Positions 45,487-57,299 of a stretch of DNA of 64,000 bases are shown in pieces. This stretch comes from a virus. The notes under the pieces are model-generated. The model did not search any database. It saw only the letters and a program-made list of their open reading frames with translations, and was not told where the DNA came from. The translations under genes and the position numbers were made by a program. Position 1 is the stretch's first letter, and the number at the start of each line of letters is the position of its first letter. The stretch is from positions 35,578-99,577 of IMG/VR virus record IMGVR_UViG_3300046002_004363. The stretch is one strand, 5' to 3'.

Positions 45487-48400
45487 TTAATTAGCTCTAT
45501 TACCATTTACCTTTAAATCTTTTCCTTCCTTATAACTTGGAAATCTTGACTTCAACTGAGTTTCTTTAACTCCTGGTATTACCCTTGATTTACGGAATTG
45601 ATTATCAGTACTATCCTTCTCTACATCCTCTTTACTTCTAAGAATATCAATCTTTGATTCTTCTATATCCTTGATTATATTCTCTCTGTACTTACCATTT
45701 GTATTTTGGTATATAACATCATTCCTCATCTTAGAATCTATCTTAGAAAAATCATTTACCCCTAAGATACCTAGTGGTGTAAATCTAACTAAGTCAGGTA
45801 TAGCATAATCAGTAGCCATATATCTATCCATCTTCGTTAATGCAGGGAATAATATATTAAACACATCTTGAGTTAACTGTTGCTTGCTTGCTTTTTCAGT
45901 TAATCCAGCCTTCACTGGTGTTTGAAATACATTATCCTTAAACGCATCATAACCTCTTTCACCTCTTCTAGCCTGAATCAACTGCTTATTAGCTAACTCA
46001 GCAGCATAATTGTAGGCTGCCTTTGTAAAGTTATTAGATCTTGATAACATCATTCCCATAAACAATTTAAGACCCTCAGTTGTAGTTATATCACCAATAG
46101 ATTTATTACTTCTGTAATCAGACAATATACTTGCTGTCTTCGTAATTATAAGTCTGTCTATCTGTTTGTTAGACTCTCTTATAGCTCTATTACTTAAGAA
46201 CTTAGTGTCAGACATATACTTCTCTAACTTTAAAGTGTAAGAATCGATTTGGTCTTGCGTAAATAACTTATAACCTTGTTGTGAATTAAGAAGTCCTAAT
46301 ACGCCTATAATCTCATCATCTGATTTACCAAATCCTTTATCCATATCAGAGAAGAATACCTCAACAAGTGATTTATCGTATTCGTATTTACCACTATTTA
46401 TTTCTCCTATTTTGTTCTTAACTTGATTGTCAAATAAATCTCTGTTAACATAACCATAAACAATGTCGTAAGCCGCAGCAAAATCTTTATTTTGCATAAG
46501 TTTATCTCTCATCTTGTTATACTTAACCAAATCCTCTCTAGTCAATTCAATTATATTACCATCAGCATCTTTTTGTATTGGGTAGTCTAATAATGAATTA
46601 TTTACCTCCTTAATGAAATCATCATCGCCTGACAACTTATCGAAAGATACTTTTAATTTCTCTTCATCATCGTCATCTCCTTTGAATAATCCCCATATAG
46701 CTCCAGTTATATAGTTGATTGCTAATGAATAAGAAGCTAATCTTATAGCTCCACCAAGAAATCTTCTTGCATTTCTACCTTCTTGATTCTCTATGTATGT
46801 ATTAACAGCTGTATTCATATCGTTTCTAGCATTCATATCGAAACTAGCAAATAAGTATGCTGCTTTATTCACAAGTGCATTAACTGCTCCAGGAACTGAG
46901 TTCTTAACTTGTTTTGATGCAATCTCCATAATACCAACCTTCTTCTCCATAGGGTTTGTACTACCATATAGATCGGCATTTTCCTGGTTAGCTTTATTAG
47001 ATGCTTTACTTATAGCGTCTTTATACTTCTTAAGGTATTCAACATCTCCTCTTGCTATCTTCTCTACATTAACATCTTCTCCTGTTTGTTTTAAGAATTC
47101 TTCGTAGAAAACACCGTTCCAAGATATTGCATAAGGCTTAACGTCTCCAAATCCTAGTAATGTATCCACAGCTCCAGATGCAGTATCTCTTATAGGGCCT
47201 GTAATATTGGTTTTAATCTTAAGACCTATATTTGATGATGGTAATCCCTTTGATAAGACCTCCTTATTAATACCTTTATTTATAAATTCAGTTCTCTCTG
47301 TATTTATCTTCTTAGATGAAATCATCTTGTTAACATCAGAAGCCTCAGCATTCTCATAGAAACTTCTTATCAACTCTGTTTCACTCTCACCGTCTTCCTT
47401 TATATTCACAAGAGCATTTGACACCTTATTACTGTATGAAATATACTTAGGATTTATAGTCATTAATTGCACCATATTCCCAGCAAAATCGACACCTCTA
47501 CTTATTATACTACCCAATGCTAACGTATAGAATGCTCTATCAGTTCCGTTTAATATCTTATCTGTAAGTGTAGGCTCTGTATGTATAGCTCCGTTTATAA
47601 GTAAGTCAAATTGAGAGTTCAAAGCTTTCTGAATACCCTTTAAATAAGGAAGTACATCGTTGTCTTTTGAATTCTCTGCAATAGCCTCATTTATAGCTTG
47701 AGTTATAGCTGCATACTCAGATCTTAATTGGTGTTGAAATAATACATTCCTAACACTTGAGAAGGCAGATGTGAAAGGGTTTAAATCAATAGGGTGTGCA
47801 GTACCAGTCTTATCTTCTAAGTTACCAGCCTTTATTGACACACTATCAATACCAAACTTGCTTTTTAGTCTAGCTAAATCATTTTCAGCTTGTTTAACCA
47901 CACTATTAAATACAGGATAGTACTCTACAATCATTGGGGCTGCATTAGAGTTTTGAAAGAAATTAGCTTCGTATGCATTGATTTGATTTTCCTCTAATAC
48001 CATTCTAATAGCATTTGCGGCATTCGCTTCCTCTGGTGTTAAATCATCTATTTGATTATTATTAGCTCTAACTTTATCAATAAATCCTTGAACAAGACCC
48101 TTCATATAGTTATCTTCACTTATCTTAGAGTTAGGGTCGCTTACAGTAGCTTCAAAGTATTCCATAGCTGATATAGAAGAAGTTGTTCCTACATTATTCT
48201 TAGCCATTGTATCAATCAAGTGATAAACAATCTTCATATAAGACTCTTGTGGATTCTTTGAGTTCTTATCTAAATCCCTCTTAGCTCTAAGTAATACTGA
48301 TTCTACCTTTTCTTCAGTCGATGCTATTCTTGACATAGCCTTACCAAATGAAGACATAAATGCGTTAAATAAAGGTGTATCTCCATATACCTTTACAGCT

Positions 48401-51400
48401 GCATCTATAGCTGATAAATTAAAGAGCTTAATTCTTCTGTCAATTATTTTTTGAGTTATATTCTTCTTCCTGATATCGTTCCATAAAGCTACAGGATTAA
48501 GAGGCAACCCAATAATCTCTCTTATTTTAAGTGGTATTTTAGCCGCTTTAATTTTATATACCCCAAACTTACCTGCCTTTCTTAACGTATCTACTAATGC
48601 ATTTTTATAATTTGTCTTTAGTTTATATATATATAATTCCTCTGCGTAGTCATTTACAATGTCATCATAAACCATAGAGTTTAATGAGTTCAATACATTT
48701 GTAAGCATATTATCAGGCATAGAATCCACATCTGACTCACTAAGACCAATCAATGCGTCTAATATTCTCCACTCCAAACTACCTTTAGTAGCATTTGATG
48801 ATTCAAATACACTCTTAATTGACGGTAACAATTCTTTTATAGAGGCTTTCTTCTTAGCTATCTCTTCTTCTTTCTTAGCATCCCTTTCTAATTTCTTAGC
48901 TTCCTTATCAGCTAATGTTTCAGGAGTCTCTCTTTCTCTAAATTCAGATTTATTATTCTCTATGAAATCAGATTCACCTTTAGTTAAAGTACCACCAGCA
49001 TCTATAATTTGTTGTATTCTATTTACTTCAGCCACATAATCACTATATGGTTTTACAATTTTATCAAATATTTTCTCAATAGTAGGTAAATCTGTCTCCT
49101 CTAAAGTCAATCCTCTACCAGACAATCTACTAATATAGTCTTTGTATTGTTCGAAGTCAGCATCATCTAAAACCTTCTTAAGTCTCTTAGGCTCTAATTT
49201 AGTAAAGTTTACAATCTTAGATGACATAACTTTATCTCTGTCACCTCTTTTATCCAACTTACCAACCTTTCCAGACATTACATTATCAAATGCATTTTTA
49301 CTATCATCCTTAGCTGTATTTACATCTCTATTTGTGTATAGATTATCTAATACAGTATTTATGTCTAATAGTTTTTCCTCAAAGTTTTGGTCTGTAATAC
49401 TTTGTATTTTAGAAGCAATAGATGTAATAGCTCTGTTTCCTATGTCTCCAGCCTTTAAATCTGTAATAGAAGCTTTTATAAATGCATTTGCTTCTGCTTT
49501 CAAGCTTTTTATTAAGGCAGCCTTATCTTTTTCAGCTACTGTCTTAAGTTTTTGAAAAGCCACACCTATATCATAAGCTTTATTTATTCTTTTTTGCTCG
49601 GTAGCTTCAGGTTTAATACCAACTACTTTATTTATTTGGTCAGATAGTTTTTTAGGCTTCTGCATTCTAACTGAAGGTTTGTCAATTTTAATGATGCTTC
49701 TTCTGTTTCTCTCATTGTTTACAGTTGTTCCTTTAGCTATACCATCTAAACTTTCATATCTAAGTTTATCTCCATCTACATTTGTAATTAAAGACTCTCT
49801 TCCGTCAATAATAGCGTAATCACCATCTTTAAATGTATCTAGTGGTCTCTCTTTAAAATCAATAGCCTTATCAGAAGGAGTAAGCTCCTTAGTTGTTTGC
49901 GCTCTAAGTTCAGAACCTCTCCATTGAGTTACAGCTATATCAAAACCATTCTCATTAGCTATCTGAGTTATAAAAGCACCTCTATGATTGTTGGTAAATG
50001 CTTGACCAGGTCTAACTTCATTGAATCTTTTCTTAGCTTCTTTCTCAAAACCAAGTGGATCAGAATCTATGTCGTATACCTTATCTTTAGAGATTAAAAT
50101 ATTATGCTCTACATTTCCAACTCCAGTCTCTTTTTGACCTTCCATTGTATAGAACATAGCTAAACCTCCAACAGCACTCAAGGCAGAAGCCTCTTCTCTT
50201 GAAGTGATAGCATTATTTCCTTGACCTGTCTTGATTACATCTCTCTTTTGGTCTGAGTAATGCTTGAATACAAAGTTGCCATCTCCATCTTCAGTTAGCT
50301 TTTCAGTTACTTTTACAGGTAATTCTTTTTGTTGTCTTTTTGAAGGAATAGTAGATATTTCTTTTACACCAGATCCATATGGAGCTATAGCTTGTGATGC
50401 TTGACTATTTTTTCCTAAGTATTTTTTAGCCATTTCTTTAGGCATAACCTCAAGTGCGTTTATTTTTGAGTCTGGAACACCTATAACTTCTCCTTCAATT
50501 GTATTTTCATATGTAGAATGATTCGAACCAGCTCTAACACCAGTAGGTTTCAATACTAACATTATATCATTCTGTTCAAAACCATTATCCTTATAAAATC
50601 CATCTCTAAAATCATCTAAATTGAAATATCCATCTAATGATTTTATGTATTTGTGAAATTCAGTATTAGGTTTTTTACCACTTTCATTTATAGCAATCAA
50701 GAATGGTTTCCTACTTGTAGAATTTCTTAAATCATCCCAATTTTCAATATTGTTTAATATATCTGTTATATCCTTAGTCGGTTTTGTTTTTAAGACTTTA
50801 TTTTTAAAGTTATCAAAATCACCAAAATTAGATATCATTTTATCAAATACTTTTTTATTAAATAACTTACTCACAGTAGGAGAACCGCTAATGATAAATA
50901 TGTAATCTGATTTATTAATATTGTTATTGATAGAGTTAATATTCATACTACTAGCCCAGATATCTCCTTCTTTTTGGTGTGCAAAACTAGGTCCTCCATC
51001 AAAATCTTTATTTATTCCTAATTGGTCGGCAACCCAAAACCAAACTTTTTGTTTTTTAGCAACGATATCTTCCAATAAGGAATAGATGTCAACTTTTTTA
51101 TCTGGAGTAACTAATGAATTATCATAAGAATCCTTAAAGTCGATTTTAGATTCACGCTTTTTAGGTATTCTAATTTCAGTTGGATTTCCAATAGGATTAG
51201 TTCCATTATCCAATGTAGACACATCTTCTACTCTTATTTCTTTACCAGTAGCAACCCTTTTAGCAATGGTATTCAACACATCAAAAACCTCGTTAGTTTC
51301 GAATAACTCGACACCAAAAGATTTAGCTATATTGTTTAACCAGTTCTTTATAATTTCCTTTACTCTTGTAGAGAATGATTCATAATTTTCAGCCAACATA

Positions 51401-54400
51401 CCTACCAATTCAGCCAACTTCTCTTCGTCTTGTATATTCTCATCGTACATTGATGCGAAGTCCTCTAATTTAGCCTTTAAAGTAGGATTACCTTCTATCT
51501 TAGAAGTAATAACCTCAATCATTTTCTTTGTTACAACCTGAGCGTTAGCGTCTGTCTTAACCTTATCAAGTAGTATTGCGTGGAATATCTCGTGGGCTAC
51601 AGTTCTTTTGTTTGCTTTAGGCAGGTTTATATGTATCTCTCCATTAATGTAAAGACCAGAAGATTCTTGGTTCTTTGACTCGCCACTAACACTTCTAAAT
51701 GAAGTATCTGTATCGTGAATTATTACCTTTACATTAGGTAGTATTTTTGATATTGCCTTAACACCATTTAAAACAGCTTTTGCTATCTTCTTATCAGCTA
51801 TATTGGCTACCTGTTTTTTAGCTTGATTTATATCTTTAGCTACTTCGATTCCCTTTGACTTTGGTTTTAATCTTTGTTGTATCTCTTTAAATTCGGCTGG
51901 AGTTAGTTTTTTAGGGTTCATACCGTCAGAGCCAGTCTTAACATTCTCAAATGTATCTAAATCAAATAAAGACTCTTGACCCAACTCTTTTCCTATGGCA
52001 ATAGCCTCTTCTCTAACAGAAGGGTCTGCAACTATATTTATATCTATAGATGCCTGATTAGAATTAGGGAATTTATAGATACCAACCTTTACATTGTCAG
52101 CGCCTACCGATTCTGCATTCTCATCTACAAACGACTGAATAGCTTCTGGTGTTAATTCAGACGCATTCATATTCTTTGAAGCCAAAGGAATAACTAATCC
52201 TCCGTCTTCATATTTAGATCCGTCAAGATTCATTGTAGCCCCATCTTCAGATTCAATAGGTAGGGCTTTAACTCTATCCACCTCAATTGAAGTGTATGGA
52301 TCAGATATTTTTGTATTTACTTTTTCTTCACCTTGTTTGGTAACGACTTCTTGTTTGGTGTCTCCTTGCTCCATTTCTTGCAATCCCATTTCGGATTGTC
52401 CTGGCTGTAGCACGCCTTCATTTGTGATTTGCTCTTGAACGGCATCTTCTTGTGTTTTAATGTTATCTAATAATGGTTTAATTTGCGCATCATACTTGGC
52501 ATAAATTTCTTTAGCCTTTGCGTTATCTGATTCAGACACCTTTTTAGCGTCTACTTTCCCATCTGTAATGAAGTTCTCAGGGGTTTCTACATTCTCTGTT
52601 AGTTCATTAAGTTCTTGAACTCTAAGTTTATCTACTTCTTCTTGCAGCCCGACATTGCTTTTTTGCTGTGCTGCGCTAACGGTTTGTTCTTTGGTTGCGG
52701 CTGTAGGCTTTTCTTCACTGGCGATTTGCCCATCAGTTTGCTTTGTTTTTGCATCTTCTTGTATTTTTTGGTTATATAATTCTTTTGCTTTGTTGTTAAT
52801 TACTTCTGCATTAGGCTCTTGTATCTTATCTTTTTCAATGCCTTTGTCTACTTGCTCTTGTATTATAGCTTCTGCCGCTTCTACTTTAAGTTTAGTTTGC
52901 TCTTCTTCAGGAAGTATATCAAACGATGATTTTCTCCCAGAAACAATGTCCTCCCTAAGAGATTCATTCTTAATAAATTCGTCTTTCAATCCAGATAATA
53001 ATACAGCTTTTTGGTCTTTACTTATAGTTTTATCTTCATTTATTTGATTTGCTTTGTTTCTTAAATCAGAGCTTGCAATTTCAATGTCTATAACTTTATC
53101 TATAAGTTTGTCATCTAACTTGGCTGTATTTTGAATAATTTTAGTTAAACCATCTTCATTAGCCTTTACTATTTTATCTATTTTACTCTTAGCCTCTAAT
53201 TTTACAACTTCACTTGCTTCTTTATTATTTAATATTTTAGATAATTCCTCTATCTCTTTATTGTTTTTATCTAAGTTATATGTATAATCTTTTGGAGAAA
53301 ATGCATTTGCTACTTTAGCTATTGCTGTTGGAAATAAATTCAAACCAATAACCATAACGCCTGTATCCTTTACTAGTGACTTTACTTCTTGTTTAGCATT
53401 TTTAAATACATCCTTAGACTCTAAATCTAAAACAACAATATCAGTTATTTTTTGAGCGCCATAGGTTGTTAATTCTTCTTTTAATTCTCCAGTATAGTTT
53501 TTAACAAATTCTTTACCAGCATTAAATGTTTTTGTAGAAAGTGATTCTTTAAATAATTTTCTTGAAGGTTCATTTTTTAATGCTTTGGTTATAATGTTTT
53601 TACCTCCTCCAATCATTTTAAGGGTATTTGATTCAAGCATTTCTGAAGCACCATATAAGCCAGAAGCTAATACCATTTGCAACTTTGAATAATCAGTACT
53701 CCCTTCTGCGTTTGACGTAACCAATTCTGAGTATTTATTACCAGCAGAAGAAGCTCCAATACCATACATCATCGATGTTCCTCCAGTAAGATACCCTAGC
53801 GCTATATTAGGCGTTTGTGATATTAATACATCAGATCCATAATCAAGTATATCGTTTAGGTTTTTCGAATCTTTTACTTGTTTTTGTAGTTTTTCAGCAA
53901 CAAATCTATCCTTGTCATTTTTTAATTCAGCTATCTGCATAGCTGTTATATCTTGCATAGGACCTCCTTTTGCTACATTAGCTAATTGAAGTACTCCTAA
54001 TCCAAAATCAGATACAGCATTTAATAGTTTTCCTGCCTTATCTTCAAAACCATAAGACCTTTTAAATAAATCATATTCCTCCTCAGCAGTAGTTAATTCA
54101 CTAAGGTTTTTTTCGTAATTTTTGTATAGCTTAGTTCTTGTATTTATTTTTAAAGGAAGTTCTGCACTCAATTTATTATATCTATCTAAATCATTTGGAG
54201 ATAAACCATCGTTGTTTTTTGCTAATTTCTCTAATTCAACCAGCTCGCTATTATCTTCCTTTATATCTAAATCTAACGCCTTAAGTATATCAAATTGTTT
54301 ATTAACTTCAGGTGCTTTTATTCCTATTTGGTTAGACGAATTAATTTTCATTCTATCCTTAGTATCATTATCTAGATTATCTAAATAATCATTAGCTAAA

Positions 54401-55269
54401 GAAAGTTTTTTATCTTCTACTCTTTTCTTAACCTCTAAATTGATAGCTCCTTCGGTTAATATATCGTCAGTTATTTCATCTTCTTTTGCGCCTTGTTTTA
54501 AAAGTATTTTCTTATACTCCTCTTTTGCTTTAGGTAAAAATGTTACATCTGATTTTAATTGCTCAACTTCTTCTTTACTTGATGGCGCTCCTGGAATATA
54601 TGGCAGTATCTTATTCCATACATTTGAAGCTCCTTGAGTTATTGTATTCCAAACTCCTTTTCCTTGAACTTCATTATTTACTTCTTCAATTACTTGTTGT
54701 TCGTAGTTTTCTGGAAGAGCAGTTGCGTTTCTAAAGTCATTAACAAACACCTTCTCTTCTTCTCTTTTAACTTCTTGTTTAAATAGAGACGCTTCTTTTT
54801 TAGCTTCCTTAATTTCAGGTTTATCAAATTGTTCTTTTTTTACTGAAACAGATTTAATAGCAGAAGGAGTCTTAACATCAACTTTTGTTTTTGATGCCTG
54901 AACTCCTGCTTTCTTTTGCTCTTCTTTATCTTTAAAACCAAACTTATTAATTAAATCTTCACTTTTCCCAGCAGAAGATGCCGAAGCCCCAGTTTGAATA
55001 GGTTTTCCTCCAACCGATGTAGGTTTTCTTTCTCGTTGTTGTGTAGGAGAAACCGAAGGAGTTTTTGTTGAAGTGGTAGTCGAGTTTTGATTTTTTTTTT
55101 CAGGGTCTGTTTTTGGTTCTTGAGGTTCAGCATACTTCATATTAAAAGAAGACTCTAATTCTTCATTTGAAGCATAGTTCTCAGAAATGTACTGTAACTT
55201 CTCAGGAGTTAATTCAACACCTTTGCTAGAATATAATTGTTTTACAAAATTTGTATCAAGCTTTGACAT
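45487..55269 (-). CDS. Giant internal virion/ejection protein with zincin-like domain
   Basis: 3260 aa, last gene of tail operon; VAHEIFHAIL HExxH motif with downstream EEKLAE. Confidence 0.7.
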   Translation of the reverse strand: MSKLDTNFVKQLYSSKGVELTPEKLQYISENYASNEELESSFNMKYAEPQEPKTDPEKKNQNSTTTSTKTPSVSPTQQRERKPTSVGGKPIQTGASASSAGKSEDLINKFGFKDKEEQKKAGVQASKTKVDVKTPSAIKSVSVKKEQFDKPEIKEAKKEASLFKQEVKREEEKVFVNDFRNATALPENYEQQVIEEVNNEVQGKGVWNTITQGASNVWNKILPYIPGAPSSKEEVEQLKSDVTFLPKAKEEYKKILLKQGAKEDEITDDILTEGAINLEVKKRVEDKKLSLANDYLDNLDNDTKDRMKINSSNQIGIKAPEVNKQFDILKALDLDIKEDNSELVELEKLAKNNDGLSPNDLDRYNKLSAELPLKINTRTKLYKNYEKNLSELTTAEEEYDLFKRSYGFEDKAGKLLNAVSDFGLGVLQLANVAKGGPMQDITAMQIAELKNDKDRFVAEKLQKQVKDSKNLNDILDYGSDVLISQTPNIALGYLTGGTSMMYGIGASSAGNKYSELVTSNAEGSTDYSKLQMVLASGLYGASEMLESNTLKMIGGGKNIITKALKNEPSRKLFKESLSTKTFNAGKEFVKNYTGELKEELTTYGAQKITDIVVLDLESKDVFKNAKQEVKSLVKDTGVMVIGLNLFPTAIAKVANAFSPKDYTYNLDKNNKEIEELSKILNNKEASEVVKLEAKSKIDKIVKANEDGLTKIIQNTAKLDDKLIDKVIDIEIASSDLRNKANQINEDKTISKDQKAVLLSGLKDEFIKNESLREDIVSGRKSSFDILPEEEQTKLKVEAAEAIIQEQVDKGIEKDKIQEPNAEVINNKAKELYNQKIQEDAKTKQTDGQIASEEKPTAATKEQTVSAAQQKSNVGLQEEVDKLRVQELNELTENVETPENFITDGKVDAKKVSESDNAKAKEIYAKYDAQIKPLLDNIKTQEDAVQEQITNEGVLQPGQSEMGLQEMEQGDTKQEVVTKQGEEKVNTKISDPYTSIEVDRVKALPIESEDGATMNLDGSKYEDGGLVIPLASKNMNASELTPEAIQSFVDENAESVGADNVKVGIYKFPNSNQASIDINIVADPSVREEAIAIGKELGQESLFDLDTFENVKTGSDGMNPKKLTPAEFKEIQQRLKPKSKGIEVAKDINQAKKQVANIADKKIAKAVLNGVKAISKILPNVKVIIHDTDTSFRSVSGESKNQESSGLYINGEIHINLPKANKRTVAHEIFHAILLDKVKTDANAQVVTKKMIEVITSKIEGNPTLKAKLEDFASMYDENIQDEEKLAELVGMLAENYESFSTRVKEIIKNWLNNIAKSFGVELFETNEVFDVLNTIAKRVATGKEIRVEDVSTLDNGTNPIGNPTEIRIPKKRESKIDFKDSYDNSLVTPDKKVDIYSLLEDIVAKKQKVWFWVADQLGINKDFDGGPSFAHQKEGDIWASSMNINSINNNINKSDYIFIISGSPTVSKLFNKKVFDKMISNFGDFDNFKNKVLKTKPTKDITDILNNIENWDDLRNSTSRKPFLIAINESGKKPNTEFHKYIKSLDGYFNLDDFRDGFYKDNGFEQNDIMLVLKPTGVRAGSNHSTYENTIEGEVIGVPDSKINALEVMPKEMAKKYLGKNSQASQAIAPYGSGVKEISTIPSKRQQKELPVKVTEKLTEDGDGNFVFKHYSDQKRDVIKTGQGNNAITSREEASALSAVGGLAMFYTMEGQKETGVGNVEHNILISKDKVYDIDSDPLGFEKEAKKRFNEVRPGQAFTNNHRGAFITQIANENGFDIAVTQWRGSELRAQTTKELTPSDKAIDFKERPLDTFKDGDYAIIDGRESLITNVDGDKLRYESLDGIAKGTTVNNERNRRSIIKIDKPSVRMQKPKKLSDQINKVVGIKPEATEQKRINKAYDIGVAFQKLKTVAEKDKAALIKSLKAEANAFIKASITDLKAGDIGNRAITSIASKIQSITDQNFEEKLLDINTVLDNLYTNRDVNTAKDDSKNAFDNVMSGKVGKLDKRGDRDKVMSSKIVNFTKLEPKRLKKVLDDADFEQYKDYISRLSGRGLTLEETDLPTIEKIFDKIVKPYSDYVAEVNRIQQIIDAGGTLTKGESDFIENNKSEFRERETPETLADKEAKKLERDAKKEEEIAKKKASIKELLPSIKSVFESSNATKGSLEWRILDALIGLSESDVDSMPDNMLTNVLNSLNSMVYDDIVNDYAEELYIYKLKTNYKNALVDTLRKAGKFGVYKIKAAKIPLKIREIIGLPLNPVALWNDIRKKNITQKIIDRRIKLFNLSAIDAAVKVYGDTPLFNAFMSSFGKAMSRIASTEEKVESVLLRAKRDLDKNSKNPQESYMKIVYHLIDTMAKNNVGTTSSISAMEYFEATVSDPNSKISEDNYMKGLVQGFIDKVRANNNQIDDLTPEEANAANAIRMVLEENQINAYEANFFQNSNAAPMIVEYYPVFNSVVKQAENDLARLKSKFGIDSVSIKAGNLEDKTGTAHPIDLNPFTSAFSSVRNVLFQHQLRSEYAAITQAINEAIAENSKDNDVLPYLKGIQKALNSQFDLLINGAIHTEPTLTDKILNGTDRAFYTLALGSIISRGVDFAGNMVQLMTINPKYISYSNKVSNALVNIKEDGESETELIRSFYENAEASDVNKMISSKKINTERTEFINKGINKEVLSKGLPSSNIGLKIKTNITGPIRDTASGAVDTLLGFGDVKPYAISWNGVFYEEFLKQTGEDVNVEKIARGDVEYLKKYKDAISKASNKANQENADLYGSTNPMEKKVGIMEIASKQVKNSVPGAVNALVNKAAYLFASFDMNARNDMNTAVNTYIENQEGRNARRFLGGAIRLASYSLAINYITGAIWGLFKGDDDDEEKLKVSFDKLSGDDDFIKEVNNSLLDYPIQKDADGNIIELTREDLVKYNKMRDKLMQNKDFAAAYDIVYGYVNRDLFDNQVKNKIGEINSGKYEYDKSLVEVFFSDMDKGFGKSDDEIIGVLGLLNSQQGYKLFTQDQIDSYTLKLEKYMSDTKFLSNRAIRESNKQIDRLIITKTASILSDYRSNKSIGDITTTEGLKLFMGMMLSRSNNFTKAAYNYAAELANKQLIQARRGERGYDAFKDNVFQTPVKAGLTEKASKQQLTQDVFNILFPALTKMDRYMATDYAIPDLVRFTPLGILGVNDFSKIDSKMRNDVIYQNTNGKYRENIIKDIEESKIDILRSKEDVEKDSTDNQFRKSRVIPGVKETQLKSRFPSYKEGKDLKVNGNRAN

Positions 55270-55296
55270 ATATTTAATTTTATCTTTTTTATTATT

Positions 55297-56652
55297 TTAT
55301 AAACCTCTATCTACGAATAGCGCTTTCTTGAAGTCCTCTATTGTCTGTAATTTAGTTCCAAACGCAGAGTTGTATACCGTTTTAAACGCATTAAATTCAG
55401 TACTGTCTTGAGGATACCATTTTGTGGTTTTATTAGAAACTCCTTCACCAGCACTACTTCCTTCATTACCAACTCCTTGACGAGAAGACTCGTTAAATGC
55501 AATTCCTATATACATTTTATTTGTAGCAGAGTCATATAAAACCCTATCAAGAGGCATACTATTTACCAATAGTGTTTTACCTGTTGGACTGCTTATAGTT
55601 AAAGACTTGGCTTTGCCAGGAGTTATAGAAACTGTACTAACACTTGTTCTTCCTGGAGTACTTCCTGGCTTCTCAGTAGTAATACTACTACTTTCCCACA
55701 ATGTAGGTGTTCCTACCGTAAGACCATCTTTACCTCCTCCACCTCCGCCACTTCTTTTTTGAGAGACAGACAAATCAATTTTTCTCTTATATGCATCTTT
55801 TAATAACGTAGAGAAGTATTCTTTCGCTTGTTTTTTTTCGTCTTCATCAAAGGCATTAGCTCTTGTTTCAAACTTGTCTATTGTTTTACCAAAGTGAGCC
55901 ATAGCCCTATCGTCACTAATAAATTCATTAGCCTTAGCGTCTATTCTATTTAGAACTCTTTCGTTATTCAATAGGTCTTCTGTTTTTACAGTTCCTAATT
56001 TACTCTTTGTGTCAATTTCTTTTTCAATTTCATCAAGTCTAAATGTATCTGCAAAACTATCAGCTTCTTTATTTGAATCAAATTTTAATGGAACTTCTAG
56101 CTTTGTTACATACTCGTATGGAGTTATGGCTTCATACATTAATTCTGTTTTAGCTGCATCTTTATATATATTATATCTAAGCTCTCCATCTCCTTTGTCA
56201 ACTACATTCACGTTAGCCTTATCTATGTTATCAACTAAGTCTTCTGCTCTCTTTAAATAGGTTTCATCATAAATACCCCTATTTGCAAATATTTTATTTA
56301 ATTTAGCATTTGTTTGTTTAACAGCGTTAGCTTCACTTTCTAATGAGGTTATCAATCTTTGCATACCATTATAATCACCAGCCGCTTTTAATGCTGTAAA
56401 TTCAGGAACTTTTGATTTATACCAATTATACCTTTGGTCTTGAAGACCATTAATGTTAAGCATTTCCATTTCTGGAAGAGATAACTTATTCAAGGCATCT
56501 TCCTTATCCTTATCAGCCTTAGCTTTAGCTGCAGCCTTAGCTTTTCTTTCCGCATCAAGTTTATCAAATTCAACCTTAACCATTCCTCCGAAGTCAGGAC
56601 CTTGAATTGGTTGTACTTGAGCGTATGTTCCTACATTACCTACTACTGCCAT
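55297..56652 (-). CDS. Internal virion/ejection protein
   Basis: Position between small and giant ejection genes; helical with Gly linker. Confidence 0.55.
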   Translation of the reverse strand: MAVVGNVGTYAQVQPIQGPDFGGMVKVEFDKLDAERKAKAAAKAKADKDKEDALNKLSLPEMEMLNINGLQDQRYNWYKSKVPEFTALKAAGDYNGMQRLITSLESEANAVKQTNAKLNKIFANRGIYDETYLKRAEDLVDNIDKANVNVVDKGDGELRYNIYKDAAKTELMYEAITPYEYVTKLEVPLKFDSNKEADSFADTFRLDEIEKEIDTKSKLGTVKTEDLLNNERVLNRIDAKANEFISDDRAMAHFGKTIDKFETRANAFDEDEKKQAKEYFSTLLKDAYKRKIDLSVSQKRSGGGGGGKDGLTVGTPTLWESSSITTEKPGSTPGRTSVSTVSITPGKAKSLTISSPTGKTLLVNSMPLDRVLYDSATNKMYIGIAFNESSRQGVGNEGSSAGEGVSNKTTKWYPQDSTEFNAFKTVYNSAFGTKLQTIEDFKKALFVDRGL

Positions 56653-56654
56653 AA

Positions 56655-57287
56655 TTATCCTTTATTAAAAATACCTAATAGTTGATTTGTCAAATTCGGG
56701 TCTGATACTGTTTGATTAGCAGCGTTTAAAGCCTCTGACCTTCCTCCAGGAGGCGGTGTTTTCTTTTTGTCTTTAATTGATTTATCCCAAGCCCCAAGTC
56801 CAGAAATACCTGCTTGAGCCACCCCTCCAATTCCATCCCACATCATTTGGTTTCCTGCATTGTATTGAGAAGATAGCCCTGATATATCAGCAACCTCTCT
56901 CTGTTCTTGCATACCTCTTATTTGAGCTTGGTCTTGAGCATACATTTGGTCTATTTGTTTTTGTTGCATATCTAAGTCAGCTCCGATCTGTCTATTAAGC
57001 ATTTGATTACCTGCCTCAACTCTTCCAAGACCACCAAGTAAACCTCTAACACCAGCGCCTTGTAAAGCACCAACTTGTGTAGAAGCTAGTCTCGCTTGCT
57101 CCTCTCTTTGTAGGTCTGCGCCTAAAGTAGAAACTTGTAGTCCTTCTGCAACATTATTAAACTCTTGTCTTTGATAATTATCTAAAGCATTTTTTGCGTC
57201 TTTCGCATCTTTTGCTCCCTTTATAGTTTGGTATCCAGAACCTAATAGTCCTACACCAGCCATTGCAATACTCGTAGCTGCAGCCAT
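56655..57287 (-). CDS. Small ejection protein
   Basis: A/G/Q-rich with hydrophobic Gly-rich segments. Confidence 0.6.
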   Translation of the reverse strand: MAAATSIAMAGVGLLGSGYQTIKGAKDAKDAKNALDNYQRQEFNNVAEGLQVSTLGADLQREEQARLASTQVGALQGAGVRGLLGGLGRVEAGNQMLNRQIGADLDMQQKQIDQMYAQDQAQIRGMQEQREVADISGLSSQYNAGNQMMWDGIGGVAQAGISGLGAWDKSIKDKKKTPPPGGRSEALNAANQTVSDPNLTNQLLGIFNKG

Positions 57288-57299
57288 TTTATATATTTT

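Noticed and set aside
45487-55269. Virion RNA polymerase
   Set aside because: No convincing DxDxD catalytic motif seen; a profile search is needed to exclude it fully
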